Of a stretch of 64,000 bases of DNA, positions 23,498 through 36,010 are shown in pieces. Below the pieces are notes generated by a model. That model searched no databases. It worked only from the letters and a program-made list of their open reading frames with translations, and was not told the DNA's origin. Where the stretch lies: NCBI GenBank assembly GCA_951406725.2, contig OX597815.1, positions 167,896,001 to 167,960,000 of the forward strand, read 5' to 3'. Position 1 is the first letter of the stretch. Each line of letters begins with the position of its first letter. Source of the DNA: Octopus vulgaris. Lineage: Eukaryota. The translations under genes were made by a program, and so were the position numbers.

Positions 23498-23539
<42 letters not shown>

Positions 23540-23540
<1 letters not shown>

Positions 23541-23955
23541 CTCTTTACTCTTTTACTCTTTTACTTGTTTCAGTCATTCGACTGCGGCCATGCTGGAGCA
23601 CCGCCTTTAGTCGAGCAACTCGACCCCGGGACTTATTCTTTATAAGCCCAGTACTTATTCTATCGGTCTCTTTTGCTGAACCGCTAAGTGACGGGGACGT
23701 AAACACACCAGCATCGGTTGTCAAGCAATGCTAGGGGGACAAACACAGACACACAAACACACACACACATACATATATATATACATATATACGACAGGCT
23801 TCTTTCAGTTTCCGTCTACCAAATCCACTCACAAGGCATTGGTCGGCCCGGGGCTATAGCAGAAGACACTTGCCCAAGATGCCACACAGTGGGACTGAAC
23901 CCGGAACCATGTGGCTGGTTAGCAAGCTACTTACCACACAGCCACTCCTGCGCCT
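23540..23955 (-). mobile_element. SINE family A, full length
   Basis: Near-identical to 5396-5793 and 62147-62568. Confidence 0.92.
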
Positions 23956-24106
23956 ATATATATATACACATATATATATATATATATGCGTGTGTGCGTG
24001 TTTGCTTTTGTTTCTTTCCGCTGGACAGATAGTGCTGGTATGATTACGTCCTCGTAACTTAACTGTTCAACAAAAAGAAACCGATAGAGTTCTTCACTTG
24101 CGTGCC

Positions 24107-24176
24107 AGATTTTAAAATGTAGATACTGGACCGATTTTATTAATAAAATCGGTCCAGTATCTACTTTTTAAAATCT
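24107..24176. repeat. 70-bp loopless palindrome (1 mismatch) inside an old SINE A 3' half
   Basis: agattttaaaatgtagatactggaccgattttatt|aataaaatcggtccagtatctactttttaaaatct. Confidence 0.95.
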
Positions 24177-25194
24177 CGTCAAAGAGGTGCACCAGCATGG
24201 TCGGAGTCTGATGAATAAAACAAATAAAAGAATAAAAAGGAAACGATAAAAACCTGAATGAACGTGTCTGAACAAAAAGGAATGAAGTGATTAAAAGTCA
24301 AGATGAAAAGCTAAAAGGTCAGACAGTGTGATTAAAGCTTAACAGTAATTAGACAACTAAATATCTACTGACTATCAATAAATATATGTAGATATGAAGT
24401 CGGTGGTTCCTGAATGGCTTGTTTCTGGTTTTCGGGTTTTTTAAATATTTTTTTATGTTTTTGTTTTGTTTATGTTTCTTTTCTTTTTCTTTTTCTTTTT
24501 CTTTTCCATTTGGTGTTAGCAGTAACTGTGATACGCGTTTAGATTGGAGTTAGGGGAATAGTATTTTATCGGAAGAAAAAAAAAGAGGTCTTCGTATAAG
24601 ATTCGTCTTTAAGTAGCAACAAACGCGTTTTATCTGCTTTATCTTTTTAGTATGTAAGCGTTATTTGTGTGAGTGGGTGTGCATTTGTGTATGTGTGTGT
24701 GTATGAGCGTGTATGTGTATGTATGTGTATTTTATATGCGTGGGTGCGTGAGTCCTTATGTGTATTCCTGTGTGGCAATATATATATATATGTGTGTATA
24801 AGTGTATGTTACCCTGATTGTTTATATATGTGTAATAGAAACGATTTGGGGAAGTGGATTTTGCATTTACATGTGTTATATAAGAACACGAGCAGACGTA
24901 CCCGGCATTGCCCGGATGTTGAATATGTAGAAGCAATTTTTTTCTTTTTGTCAAACTTAAAGGATATAAATTCTAACCAGTTTCTGTAGTGTTACTTGTA
25001 ACACATATAATATGTTTTGTACTCAAATTTACATTTTTTATTGTAACACAGAAACATGTCATGAGTTGAACTTTTGTATGTCTCTATGGGGTGTGAAATT
25101 TTTGGAACTGTTTATTAGTAATTGCGATTTAAGATCTAACAATATGCTGAATTTATGCTTAATTTATATAATTTCTTCTTAATTGATATTACTT

Positions 25195-25790
25195 ACTTCC
25201 TTCTTGCTGCATGCTCTTGGCTGATGGGGTTGGGGTCATCCCAGGTTACTGGCCCCAGATATTTCATCATGCGTAGAACCGATCAGGTCTCTCAGTGCTG
25301 GTGGTCCAGTGCTAGCCCCTCTGTATGCCCCAAAATGATGTCGAACGGCTGGAGATTTTTCCCAATCTCGTCCAGCCATCTGATGCGTGACATGCCATGA
25401 GGCCTCTTCCAGCCCGCAGATGCTTTGAATGAGAGTAAAATTCATTTGGATGATCTAGCGGGAGATGGAGGACATGTCCATACCAGCGCATGTGGCAGAT
25501 AGCTATGGAGTGAGAGGCTGCAAGCTGATGCGTGGGTACACGCAGTTCATTGTTGGAAACGTAATGGAACCATCTGATGTTCTCGATTGTTCTCAAGGCT
25601 CTTTTATCGAAGCCGTTGATCCTCTTCGCCAGGATCTTTGAAGGGGACCACATTTCTGCTCATTAGAGGAGAATAGAAAGGTCCGATGCGTTGTAGATGC
25701 AAAGCTTCGTCTCCCGGGAGATAGAGCAGTGTTGCCAAAGGGTCTTCCATAAAGAGGATAAAAATACAAGTATCGACGCTTATACATACA
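25195..25790 (-). mobile_element. RTE-clade LINE 3' remnant
   Basis: RINGFDKRALRTIENIRWFHYVSNNELR...MRWYGHVLHLP. Confidence 0.8.
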
Positions 25791-25999
25791 GAAGACGCTC
25801 TAACCACTGAGCCATGCATCTTCGCAAATATAATATAATATGTATATCATATGACATTATATTTTATTATACTATATTAAATATATATATATATAATATA
25901 TATATCATATTTATATATGTATGTGTGTGCGTGCGTGCATATATGTATGTGTGTGTGCCCCCTATACATCTTGCTTTAATATAATCGAGATTATGTCAG

Positions 26000-26600
26000 A
26001 GACGTTAGCACGCCGGGCGAAATGCTTAGCGATATTTCGTCTGTCTTTACGTTCTGAGTTGAAATTCCACCGTGGTCGACTTTGCCTTTCATCCTTTCGG
26101 GGTCGATCAATTACGGACCACTTACGTACTGTGGTCGATCTAATCGACTGGCCTCCTCCCTCAAAATTTCGGGCCTTGTACCTAGAGTAGAAAAGAATAT
26201 ATTCAAGATTGTTCTAGCACTTCCCACTATTTTCCCCTCTATCTTTTCCGTCGGCTCTCTTTCTTTTCCTCTCTTACTTTTTCTTACCCCTACTCTCTGT
26301 CTCTCCCTCTCTCCTTCATTTCCATACTCTCATTTTTCTCTCACTCTCACTCTCTCTACTTATCATCCTTTCTTTCTCACTTAATTGTCAACTTTTCTCT
26401 GTATTTCCTTCTCAGTCCCTAACACTCAATCACACGCAGTCATATTTTGTATTCGAAATTGCTTAGCAGCATTTGGTCTGTCCTTACGTTTTGAGTTCAA
26501 ATGCCATTGAGGTCGGCTTCGCCTTTCATCCTTTCTGGGTCGATAAATTAAGTATATGTTGGGCTCTGAGGTCGATGTAATCGACGCAATCCCGACCCCG
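26000..26600 (+). mobile_element. SINE family B copies (two, diverged)
   Basis: gttagcacgccgggcgaaatg...gcctttcatcctttcggggtcgat at 26000-26195; second copy 26455-26600. Confidence 0.8.
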
Positions 26601-26979
26601 AAACTCTGTCTCCCTCCTATCTTCCTCTTGTTTTTTCTCTCCCACTCTCTGCCCCACTCTCCCCCTCTTCCGTCCCTCTCTTCCTCGTCTCTCCACTCCC
26701 TTTTCCTCACTCCTCCAGCCTCACTTTCCCTCTCTTCCTTTCTCTTTCTTTCTTTCTTTCACCTATCCCTCTTTCTCTCTCTTCCTCTTTCTTTCTTTCT
26801 TTCTTTTTTTCACCCCTATCTCTCTCTCTTTCTTGATACCAACTTTCATTCCGTCAGAATTTCCTTAGGAAAATTGCCTGAACCATATTCTCTGTCACAC
26901 ACACAAACACACACAGACACACAAATACGCACACACAAACACACACACGCATGTACATATACATAAATGTACCTTATCT

Positions 26980-27064
26980 TTATCTATCTATATCTATCTA
27001 TCTACCTATCTATTTATCTATCTATCTATCTATCTACCTATCTATCTACTTATCAATCTATCTA

Positions 27065-27144
<80 letters not shown>

Positions 27145-27180
27145 CTTATCAATCTATCTATCTATATATATATATATCTG

Positions 27181-27249
<69 letters not shown>

Positions 27250-27375
27250 ATCTGCCTATGTATTTCTGTTTCTCTGTCTCTTATTCTGCCCCTTAAAATA
27301 CACTCTCTTTTTTACTCAGTCTTTCACTTTTACTCTCTATCCATTGCTGCTATTTCACACAATGTAAATTTCACT

Positions 27376-27415
<40 letters not shown>

Positions 27416-27696
27416 CCGCCCCACTATCACCCCTTCCACCTTTTCTCTCTCTCTCCTACTCCCACACTCAAGGTCCGGTTCTCTCATATTTCAAGCCACA
27501 GTAACATTACCAATGTATGACAGGTTTTATCAGTAATGTCCCGAGTATTTATAAACCAACCTACATATGAACTCCATCGGTGGTAGAAAGAAGGAGCCAG
27601 TATGGCAAACTACTTATTCTCAAAGAGAAACCATTTCTGGGGTTCTTCTTTATCTTCGTTTTGTTATTATTATTATTATTATTATCATTATTATTT

Positions 27697-27767
<71 letters not shown>

Positions 27768-28200
27768 GTTGTTATTATTATTATTATTATTATTTATATA
27801 TTTATCTATTTCTTAATTTATTTATTTATCTCGCCGATTTTACAGTATTGTGTACGAGGTCTTTTAACCCGTTTTCATGGAATGACAGTTATCTTCAGTT
27901 AACTATCCGAATACGAATATGTATGTATGTATGTATGTATGTACGTACGTATGTATGTATGTATGTATGTATGTATGTATGTATGTATGTATGTATGTAT
28001 GTATGTATAGATGCATGTGTGTATGTAGGTGTATCAATATATGCGTCTGTGTATGTGTCTGTGGGGAGATGTGTGTGTATGCGTGCGCGAATGTCTGTGT
28101 GTGTTTGTGTGTATTCATATATGAATATATGTTTGCATACGTGAGTGTACACACACGCACACACAGATATATATATATATATATACATACATATGTACAT

Positions 28201-28253
<53 letters not shown>

Positions 28254-28390
28254 TATGCGTACATATATATATATACATAGGTGCATAGACATGTATATAT
28301 ATAAACACGCGCACACACATAAACACGCGCACACACACATAAACACGCGCACACATACCCACATATAAGTATGTATGTATGTATGTATAC
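26980..28390. repeat. Microsatellite fields (TATC)n, (TTA)n, (TATG)n, (TA)n
   Basis: Directly visible. Confidence 0.9.
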
Positions 28391-28892
28391 ACTTATGTTG
28401 TGTATATATTTAAGCTTGGGATTTTTATGTGGAAATACATTAAAGTGCTCAATACATTTCTTGAGGAAAGTATATAGCGTGTGAGTCTATGTACTTGGGC
28501 GTAACTACAGAAATAAAATCTATACTACGGTTTCGATTTCATATCAGTATCCGAATGTATTCCTACGATCTTAAATGCCACCCCAATGAATCCACTGAAA
28601 ATCGCTGATATACACACGGATACTAGTGTAAAATAGCTGCCTGAATTTAAAGGTTTATTTATTTATAGGTTTACACATGCGCTTATACATACATAAACAC
28701 GCAGACACACACGCAGACACACACACGCACAAATACATGCATGCATTCTTACATACATATCTATTATATACCTACAAACTTAAAATACACATACGCGCAA
28801 GCAGAGCCTCGTTTTTTTCAGGATTTCGTTCTTCAGACACCTGTCGTTCGTTTCGATCGCACTGCGTTGCACGTTGTACGGTTGAGCAGAGC

Positions 28893-29181
28893 TGAGACCC
28901 CCTTCGGTCATTACTGACAAGGTTGCTTATGGAAGACCAGCAGTCACCCATGCATGCCGGCCTCCCCTCTCCACGCCACCAGTGTTATCCAAGGGAAAGG
29001 CAAAGCCCGATACAGCTTGGCACCTGTGACGTCACAACTCATTTCTACAGCTGAGTGAACTGGAGCAACGTGAAACAAAGTTTCTTGCTCAAGAACTCAA
29101 CACAAAGCTCGGTCCCGGATTCGAACTCACAATCTCGCGATCGTAAGCTCGACGCTCTAACCACTGAGCCATGCGCCTTCA
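28893..29181 (-). mobile_element. tRNA-derived SINE, family D head with a distinct (possibly Ceph-domain/RTE-derived) body
   Basis: Minus strand GGCGCATGGCTCAGTGG...GAGTTCGAATCC; core ttcacgttgctccagttcactcagctg shared with 63560-63820. The Ceph assignment is from memory only. Confidence 0.8.
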
Positions 29182-29924
29182 CTGCGTTGTACGGTAGAAT
29201 CAGTAAAATTGGTAGAATCGAATGGACTAATGGTTTATGAATAGAATTAAGTCATTGGAAACTTCACAAATGCCCGTCGTGTGTGTGTGTGTGTGTGAGA
29301 ATGGATACACATATACAATGTATATATATTTATATATATACACACACACACATTATATATATATATGGGGGGGGGTTAGAATATTTCTAATAATTAAAAT
29401 GTAGAGACATGCATACATACATACATACATACATACATAGTACTAAACATTATTAGAAATTTGTAACAATAAAGACTGAATCAGCTGTAATTCACTAACA
29501 GACGGAAGTTAATCCGCTCTTATTCATCGTAAAAAAAATCATTATAATTTATGAATTCAGAAAGAAAGACCTGTATGAATTTTTTTTTCGACCTGAAGAA
29601 TATTGGTTTTGATGGATATTTCCGTTAGTCTTATGTTTGGGTGATATCATAGATTAAAAGGAAGTTCCAAAGCAACGCTGGTGGGCATTAAGAACGAGTA
29701 TACATTCTTTTTTTCGTGAGCTATCCAACTTGTGATGGCTACAATCAAAGAAACTGAACAGTTTGAATAGCAAGACATTTAAAGGTAGATAAAAGTTGAT
29801 GTTTTTAATATACAGAGCATCGAAGGCGCCTTTTTCTGGAAAGATAGGGAATATAGTGTGATGGTTTAACTCTGTGAAAACAATGAATGGTAGGCAATAT
29901 GTTTTCCCTGTAGAAATATGCGAA

Positions 29925-30271
29925 AGAGTTTCGTTTTTGGATTTGGTTTGCAAGATTCTTTATTTGAGTTCGTGTGTTGAAGCATATTCTGTTGTGTCTG
30001 GGGAGAGTCATTTTCTTTTTGTGCCTTATAATGTAACACCCTCACCGGTAAAATTTCCACTTATTTCTTATTTTTATTTTCCTAAAATTTTCGTTGTGTC
30101 TTGCATGCAGTGTTAATAACGGACAAATCAAGACTATTGAAAAGGTTGCAAGACGCAACGAAAATTTTCGATAAATAAAAATAAGAAATAAGTGGAAATT
30201 TTACCGGTGAGTGTGTTACATTATAAGGCACAAAAAGAAAATAACTCTCCCCAGGACACAACAGAATATGC
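29925..30271. mobile_element. Fold-back repeat with ~124-bp inverted arms; dispersed family
   Basis: 29982-30105 pairs with 30147-30271; a partial non-inverted copy lies at ~6540-6655. Confidence 0.85.
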
Positions 30272-30297
30272 GTTAGAGCATTTATTGCAATCAACGT

Positions 30298-30660
30298 TCA
30301 CCCGATATACAGGAGTTTTGAGTAGCTACGAAGGAGAGAAAAATTATTGTTAGAAAATTGTCGGAAGCTGCTGAGAATGTAAGCCGTTACATCTGGCTCA
30401 AGAGAGGGGACGAGTGGTGCAGGAAGAACTAACACTGAGTATGGTAGAAACAGCTGGCTTAGAGTCGCAACATCTGATTCAGCAAAGCTCGTGTTAGTTG
30501 TGAGGGAGTTTTGTCGCCTACATCGATGAACGGCCCCTGGTATCTCTGGGGTCATGATGGAAAGGGTGGAAATATCTACATAGCTGCTTTACGGACTAAT
30601 GAGACAACAACTACTGCATTTGCAGATGGAGTACAGCAACACTTCAGCACCCAAGTATTT
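30298..30660 (+). mobile_element. 3' end of a HERO/R2-group-like non-LTR retrotransposon
   Basis: Translates RKLSEAAENVSRYIWLKRGDEW, resembling the conserved ORF C-terminus (EAAExxSxWxWLKR) of this group. Confidence 0.55.
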
Positions 30661-30815
30661 ACCCAAAATGTAGGAAAAAAATGAGTTATGCTAATGTATG
30701 CTTGTAATAATAGAAAAGGGAGTATATGAAAGATATGGAAAAGGAATCCTTAGCAAAAAATTTTCCATTCTCTAAGTTACATAAAAAGTATAAAACACAG
30801 AAAATTTATGAATTA

Positions 30816-32553
30816 CACTAGGGAATAATTTTTTTCTCATTTGCAGTTGCATAACATTTTTCAACTGATTCTAAGTAGGTTTTCAACGCAGAGCTCAAAT
30901 TTAAAATCAGTTTCGCCTGCATGTTCTAGTTTTTATGCAATTTGAATTTTATGAATTTTCGGAAATTGGTATATTTGTTGGGAATTGACATATATATATA
31001 GGTCATGAGAAGTAGTGGTGTCAGTGAGACCCAAAGGTGTCAGGTAATGCTGAATAAGTGCTATGGATAGACCATAGTTAAGTTCCAGGCTCGGTGATTA
31101 TGCGAATAAGGTGTCCAACTTAGGTCATATGACTTAGTATGTGATTTGATACTCCCCAAGTAAGCAGCAGAGCTAATCTCCAGGCTAAATGGAAGAGAAA
31201 ATCTTCTTGCAAAACTCCTATATTTCAAAATGCAGGAATAGTTTGTTTCTTTTTGTTGTTTTTTTCAGATGACAAGCAATTTGTTTACCGCTACGGTATC
31301 CCAGCCCTTCTTACACAGTTAGGCATTTCTCAGTATAACCCTACAGAATGGAGATTATTTTTGGATAGTTCTAAGTGCAACCTCTAGTGCATAATTGCAA
31401 CGTCTTTGGCACTTCCCCAGTTGATCTCTTGATGCACTTGCGTGAACCCCAAATATCACAAGCAAAACTAGATCATTGTGTGGATCTAAAAGTGGCCAAA
31501 TTCCTCCTTGGGTGACAGAAACGTTTCACTAAGTTTCCATGCTAACTCTGCATGTGGGACAGTCAAGCTCAAGACAAACACTGGAACCAGAAGGAATGAT
31601 CAATCAGTGAAACTCTGAAAGCCGGTGTGTTAAACATTGTGAATGACTCTGTCGTCATCCTAGAGATAATTACCTACCACTCCACCTTTAACACGGCTTG
31701 ATGAAGTAGTTTGTCAAAGCATTGAGTACTGATAGTGAATGTTTACAGCACATAGTTTCTGCTTTTCTTACTTTGTCGTTCGAGAAAAATAAAAGTTGGC
31801 GTATTTGATGGACCTTGAAGTCGTGCGTTTGTACGTGATGAGGGGATTTGTCAGGAAGATGAATGAAAAGGAGAAGAAAGCGTGGCCGTCATTTTGGGGC
31901 ATTATAAAACAATATTTTCTTGATAACAAAAATGCAGAATACTATGAGGTTTTGATTGCTAAAATGCAGTTGGTTTTTCGCGATCTTGGATGCAACATTA
32001 GTGTTAAACTTCATTTCCTGTATAGCCATCTTCACCAATTCTCCGAGAGCCTTGGAGCTGTCAGTGATAAAAATGGAGGGCGCTTCCATCAAGACCTCAT
32101 GATAATAGAAGAGCGTTATCAAGGGCGTTGGAACAAACATCTAATGGCGGTTTACTGCTTGGGTGCCAAACGGGATTACCCTAACAAAGTGTATAGACGC
32201 AAGAGCTACAAGCGAAAATTCCTGCCGGAATAGGAACAATTTGAGATTTTTTTATTTCATTAGGCGTTTCTTGACTTTATTTCCATCTTTGGTATGTATT
32301 ATGATGAAAGCTGTTAAGAATAAATACCTTTATTTTTTGTCTAAATGGTTGTTTCAAGCCCAAATTTAAGGTAGTATGGCCATAAATTCCTTAGATAGAA
32401 AATGGAATTATTCAAAGGTGTCAAAATTCCGTAATGAATTGCAAAAGTTTATAGCTTATAGAGAACATATGACTCCAGATTTTAATTCATTATACCCAAA
32501 TTAGGTAGGAACAAGTGTCAGTATCAATGCAACAAAAGTTTAGTTCCCCCGTC
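30816..32553 (+). mobile_element. Chapaev3-like (CMC superfamily) DNA transposon, decayed
   Basis: Imperfect TIRs CACTAGGGAATAA / TTAGTTCCCCCGTC with tta on both flanks (3-bp TSD). Transposase remnants EWRLFLDSSK, VDLKV..FLLG, FTKFPC, CMWDS, KLHFLYSHL..F.ESLGAVSD...RFHQD...EERYQGRW...MAVYC. Confidence 0.75.
31796..32233 (+). pseudogene. C-terminal fragment of a Chapaev3-like transposase
   Basis: LGCNISVKLHFLYSHLHQFSESLGAVSDKNGGRFHQDL; the upstream part is broken by stops and frameshifts. Confidence 0.75.
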
Positions 32554-32799
32554 TTAAGACCGATCGTCTGTCGTGAGAATTTCAAATTTTCATGTATCAA
32601 AAAGTTGTTAACCTATTTATTCGAGTGGATGCGGAACAGTGAGAAAATATCTATCACGACATGTCTACATCGTGAAAATTCTAAATTCTAAAATTCAATA
32701 AAAAATTTGGTATGTCTGGTACGTTCACGGTCATGGAAAATCCCTCAAAAGATTGTTATCTAGGCAAACTACGCGACAGTAGTATAAAATGTCAGAAGG

Positions 32800-33560
32800 A
32801 TTATAGTAAAATGTCATTACATTTTTCTCTCATCATTCTTTATGATAAATAGTAATGAACATTACAAATCCTTTGCATCTACGTCCTACAACAGGCGGTT
32901 GTAATAACATCTTACTAGGGGAACAGCAATGGCGCCGAAAAGTGATATTTGGCTGTAAAGAAAGCTAATGGTGGACAGAAGTATTATCGAATAAAGCAAA
33001 AAGATTTAAGAGAAACATTAATATGACTTGGTTTGATTACCGAAAAGCATTTGATAGGTTACCACACTCTTGGATATTGGAGACACTCCGTACTAATAAA
33101 GCAACTCCAATACTTATACAAAACTTCAAGCATATCATATCAAGAAGTAAAACAGGCACGTTATTACAAGGCGAATAGATTATTAAAACCAATGCTATAT
33201 AAGTGAATGAATCATTCAGAAATACGCCTCCCCACTCTCTACTCTTCTGCCTAGCTATGACCCCATTAACAAATATGATAAATGCAGCCACCTATGGTTA
33301 TAATTACTACGGAGAATTATATATCATCTTTGTATAATGATAACTTGAAACTAAGCTATTTACATGTGACAATATCCTGCTGGATAACCTACTAAAGATA
33401 GTACATAAATTCAGTCCCAGGATTAAAAAAAAATACGTATATGGACTTGACAAATATGCTAAGCTACTTTAAGAACAAGCAAATTAACTAAAACTGTGAG
33501 CATTGAGTTAGACAAGACACTGAAAGTAAATAATCAGAACAGAACTACCCATAGCCAATA
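32800..33560 (+). mobile_element. R4/Dong-like RT remnant
   Basis: GCKE, then NKAKRFKRNINMTWFDYRKAFDRLPHSWILETL. Confidence 0.7.
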
Positions 33561-35099
33561 TGGATAGTATGCGCCTACCGTGTAGTTAATACAAAAGGAC
33601 GCAGGTTGACACAAACAGAGAACTACTACAAATAATGACAAATAGACCTAGAAAAATAGAAACAAGCAAAGGAAACTGATTAATTTGATAAAATATATAT
33701 ATATTGCCTGCATATATACATAAGAAAACAATAAAGTACAAAATGAAAGCTATCTAGCTTGATACAAAAGTTCGACATAAGGAAAAACAATATGATATTC
33801 TTTTAAGAAATATAAAAATTAAAACAGAATTCCAAAGGAAATAACGGAGAGAAAAACCATTAGTAGTCTAGATAAGCTGGGTGACTTAAAACTACTTGTA
33901 ACCGTAGAGAGCAGAAAACATAGGTGTCACTTATGCGGTGATCCTTTAACGACTTTGTCTCTACAGCAAAAAAGATGGGGAACACACCCTACTACTGCCG
34001 ACACCATTGTCACACCAACATCAATAACAGCAGTACCAGCAGCAATAGCATTGATAACAGCAGCAAAGGCATTGATATCAGTAGCAACTTAATAGTAGCA
34101 CCAATAGCCGCAATACAAACACTCACTATAACGCAGCATACGTTATCACCAACACCTTCGCAACTTAAAGAAACCCTCCTCACACAAGTGTACCAGACGA
34201 CAAATATACACAGTATAGACACTTACTGGAGCTCAGCTCGCTTTTCGCGTCTGTTACAGACTTCCTTGAATTCGAATACTCGTCGTATGACGAATTGAAG
34301 TCGAATACTCGTTGTATAATGAACTGATGTCGAAAGACTCGCTAAAATTTCCTGAGGAAAAGGAAGAAATGGAAAGGAAAAAAAAGGTCGCTTCAGGAAA
34401 AAAAAACAACTGGCTGATTAACTTTTTTATGAAATACAGACCTCGATAAAGAATTCATACACCCACACAAGCAACACAAACAATCGCAACTACACCAACA
34501 ACACAATGAAATGCACACAATAGCCCAGATGGGAAGTAGATTGTTGTTAACAATAAATCTATTAATGAAGGACATAAACAAAATACGAACGGAAGGTGAG
34601 GGTTAACAGAGGACTCTTACAGAAGCTCCAATGTTTAATTCCTATGCGGAGTTGCAAACTTTTCTAAGAGGCTACACAAAAAACTGTAAAACGGGCTTGT
34701 CGAGGAACTCCATTCAACTGTCAAGAATTAACTGACCGGACTTCCCTAAAGCCTAGGTGAGTAGCCTTTCTAGCTCTCCATTCTCCGACAAACATGATCT
34801 CACTCAGAGTAGAATATATAAAAGTAGGCAGCTTGGAGTCACTTTGGAAAGAGTGTTACTTACTGAATCACCTCGAGTCACTAGATATAGCTGTGGTAGC
34901 AGCCAATAAGACCAGGAATTTTGACATGCGCTCTCTGGCCCCTATCTTTGACCTTTGGCAGGACTTGATGGTAAATCGGTGGTCTAGGTTGTATAAAACA
35001 GTCAAAGCAGTGTCCTCAGACTTGTGGACGCCTATGCCATGATAGGGATAGTTCGGTCAAATTTCTTTAGGGCTCTGGAAATGTTCGTGAGAACATCTC

Positions 35100-36010
35100 G
35101 TTAAGAACTAGTAGGCAACTGCAACAGTATCTAATATGAACTACGAGCTGGAAAGGGTCTACCCGAAATGAGAGAGAGGAATGCAACAACAGCCTCGCAA
35201 ACCTGCTCAGACGTTTCCATCTGCCCGATAAGTACCGACTGGATTATCTGAATGTTCCAATGTTACATGGAGTGATTGTATGAGGTCGCAAAAATCGTAT
35301 TTGGATAAGGTATTTATTCGGTCAATGAACGGGAATAATATAGTATTCCTCCAGTTTGTTACCTGTGTGGTCAACCTAGATTGAAATCATAGACCAGCTT
35401 CTGGAAGCTGAACGTGGGGTTCCTGGTGTATAAACCCACAAAGACTAGATTAGCATTTCAGTTAAGCAGCAGTTGACAGAGGTAATCGTCAAGAACTGAT
35501 GGTGAGGCACTCTGAAAGGGTCGATCAATAAGTTTTAGTAAAGAAATAATCATTGAGAAAAATAGATTCAAGTTGGAATTAATGATTAAGAGGTGATTAG
35601 GAAAGATGTCTGGACCAACGTGCTAGCTGTGAGAATAGCTCTCGTATATTTCTTTAACTTGAAACAAGACGGCAGCGTTATCAAAGCTAAGGCTTGGGGG
35701 GGAAGAATGCTGTACGATGGGCCCGGGTAGCAGAGGTGCAATGTAACGGCAATGCCACAATTCGGTCTACAATTCGGCACTATCTATGCAATTCCAATTA
35801 GATGTAGTCGGTTTTTCAGAAACGTTTGCTCAATTGTGTTTGGTGTTGAGACGGAGACAGTTGTTGACTTTACTCTCTTCCTGGGCTTTCGCTGCGAAAA
35901 GCCGATACTAACATCTGAGTTACGGGATGGGATGATGAGTTGTGCAAAGCACAAATCACCTGCATTGGATGATCTGGTCAATTTGCTTTACGCATATATG
36001 CCAAAAGTCT
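35100..36010 (+). mobile_element. L1/Tx1-like LINE remnant, highly decayed
   Basis: FWKLNVGFL (end of the APE domain) and KHKSPALDDL (cf. KSPGxDGL). Confidence 0.5.

Larger units (their letters stand above)
18874..23502 (+). mobile_element. Penelope-like retroelement (probably Naiad-type), near full length, with inverted pseudo-LTRs, inserted in (TA)n
   Basis: RT + C-terminal GIY-YIG ORF; 961-bp inverted repeat 19028-19988 / 22542-23502; hammerhead in each repeat; (TA)n on both flanks. Confidence 0.93.

Noticed and set aside
34271-34341. 29-bp repeats that might suggest a CRISPR-like array (also 53190-53265)
   Set aside because: Head-to-tail tandem duplications without unique spacers, in eukaryotic DNA with no cas genes.
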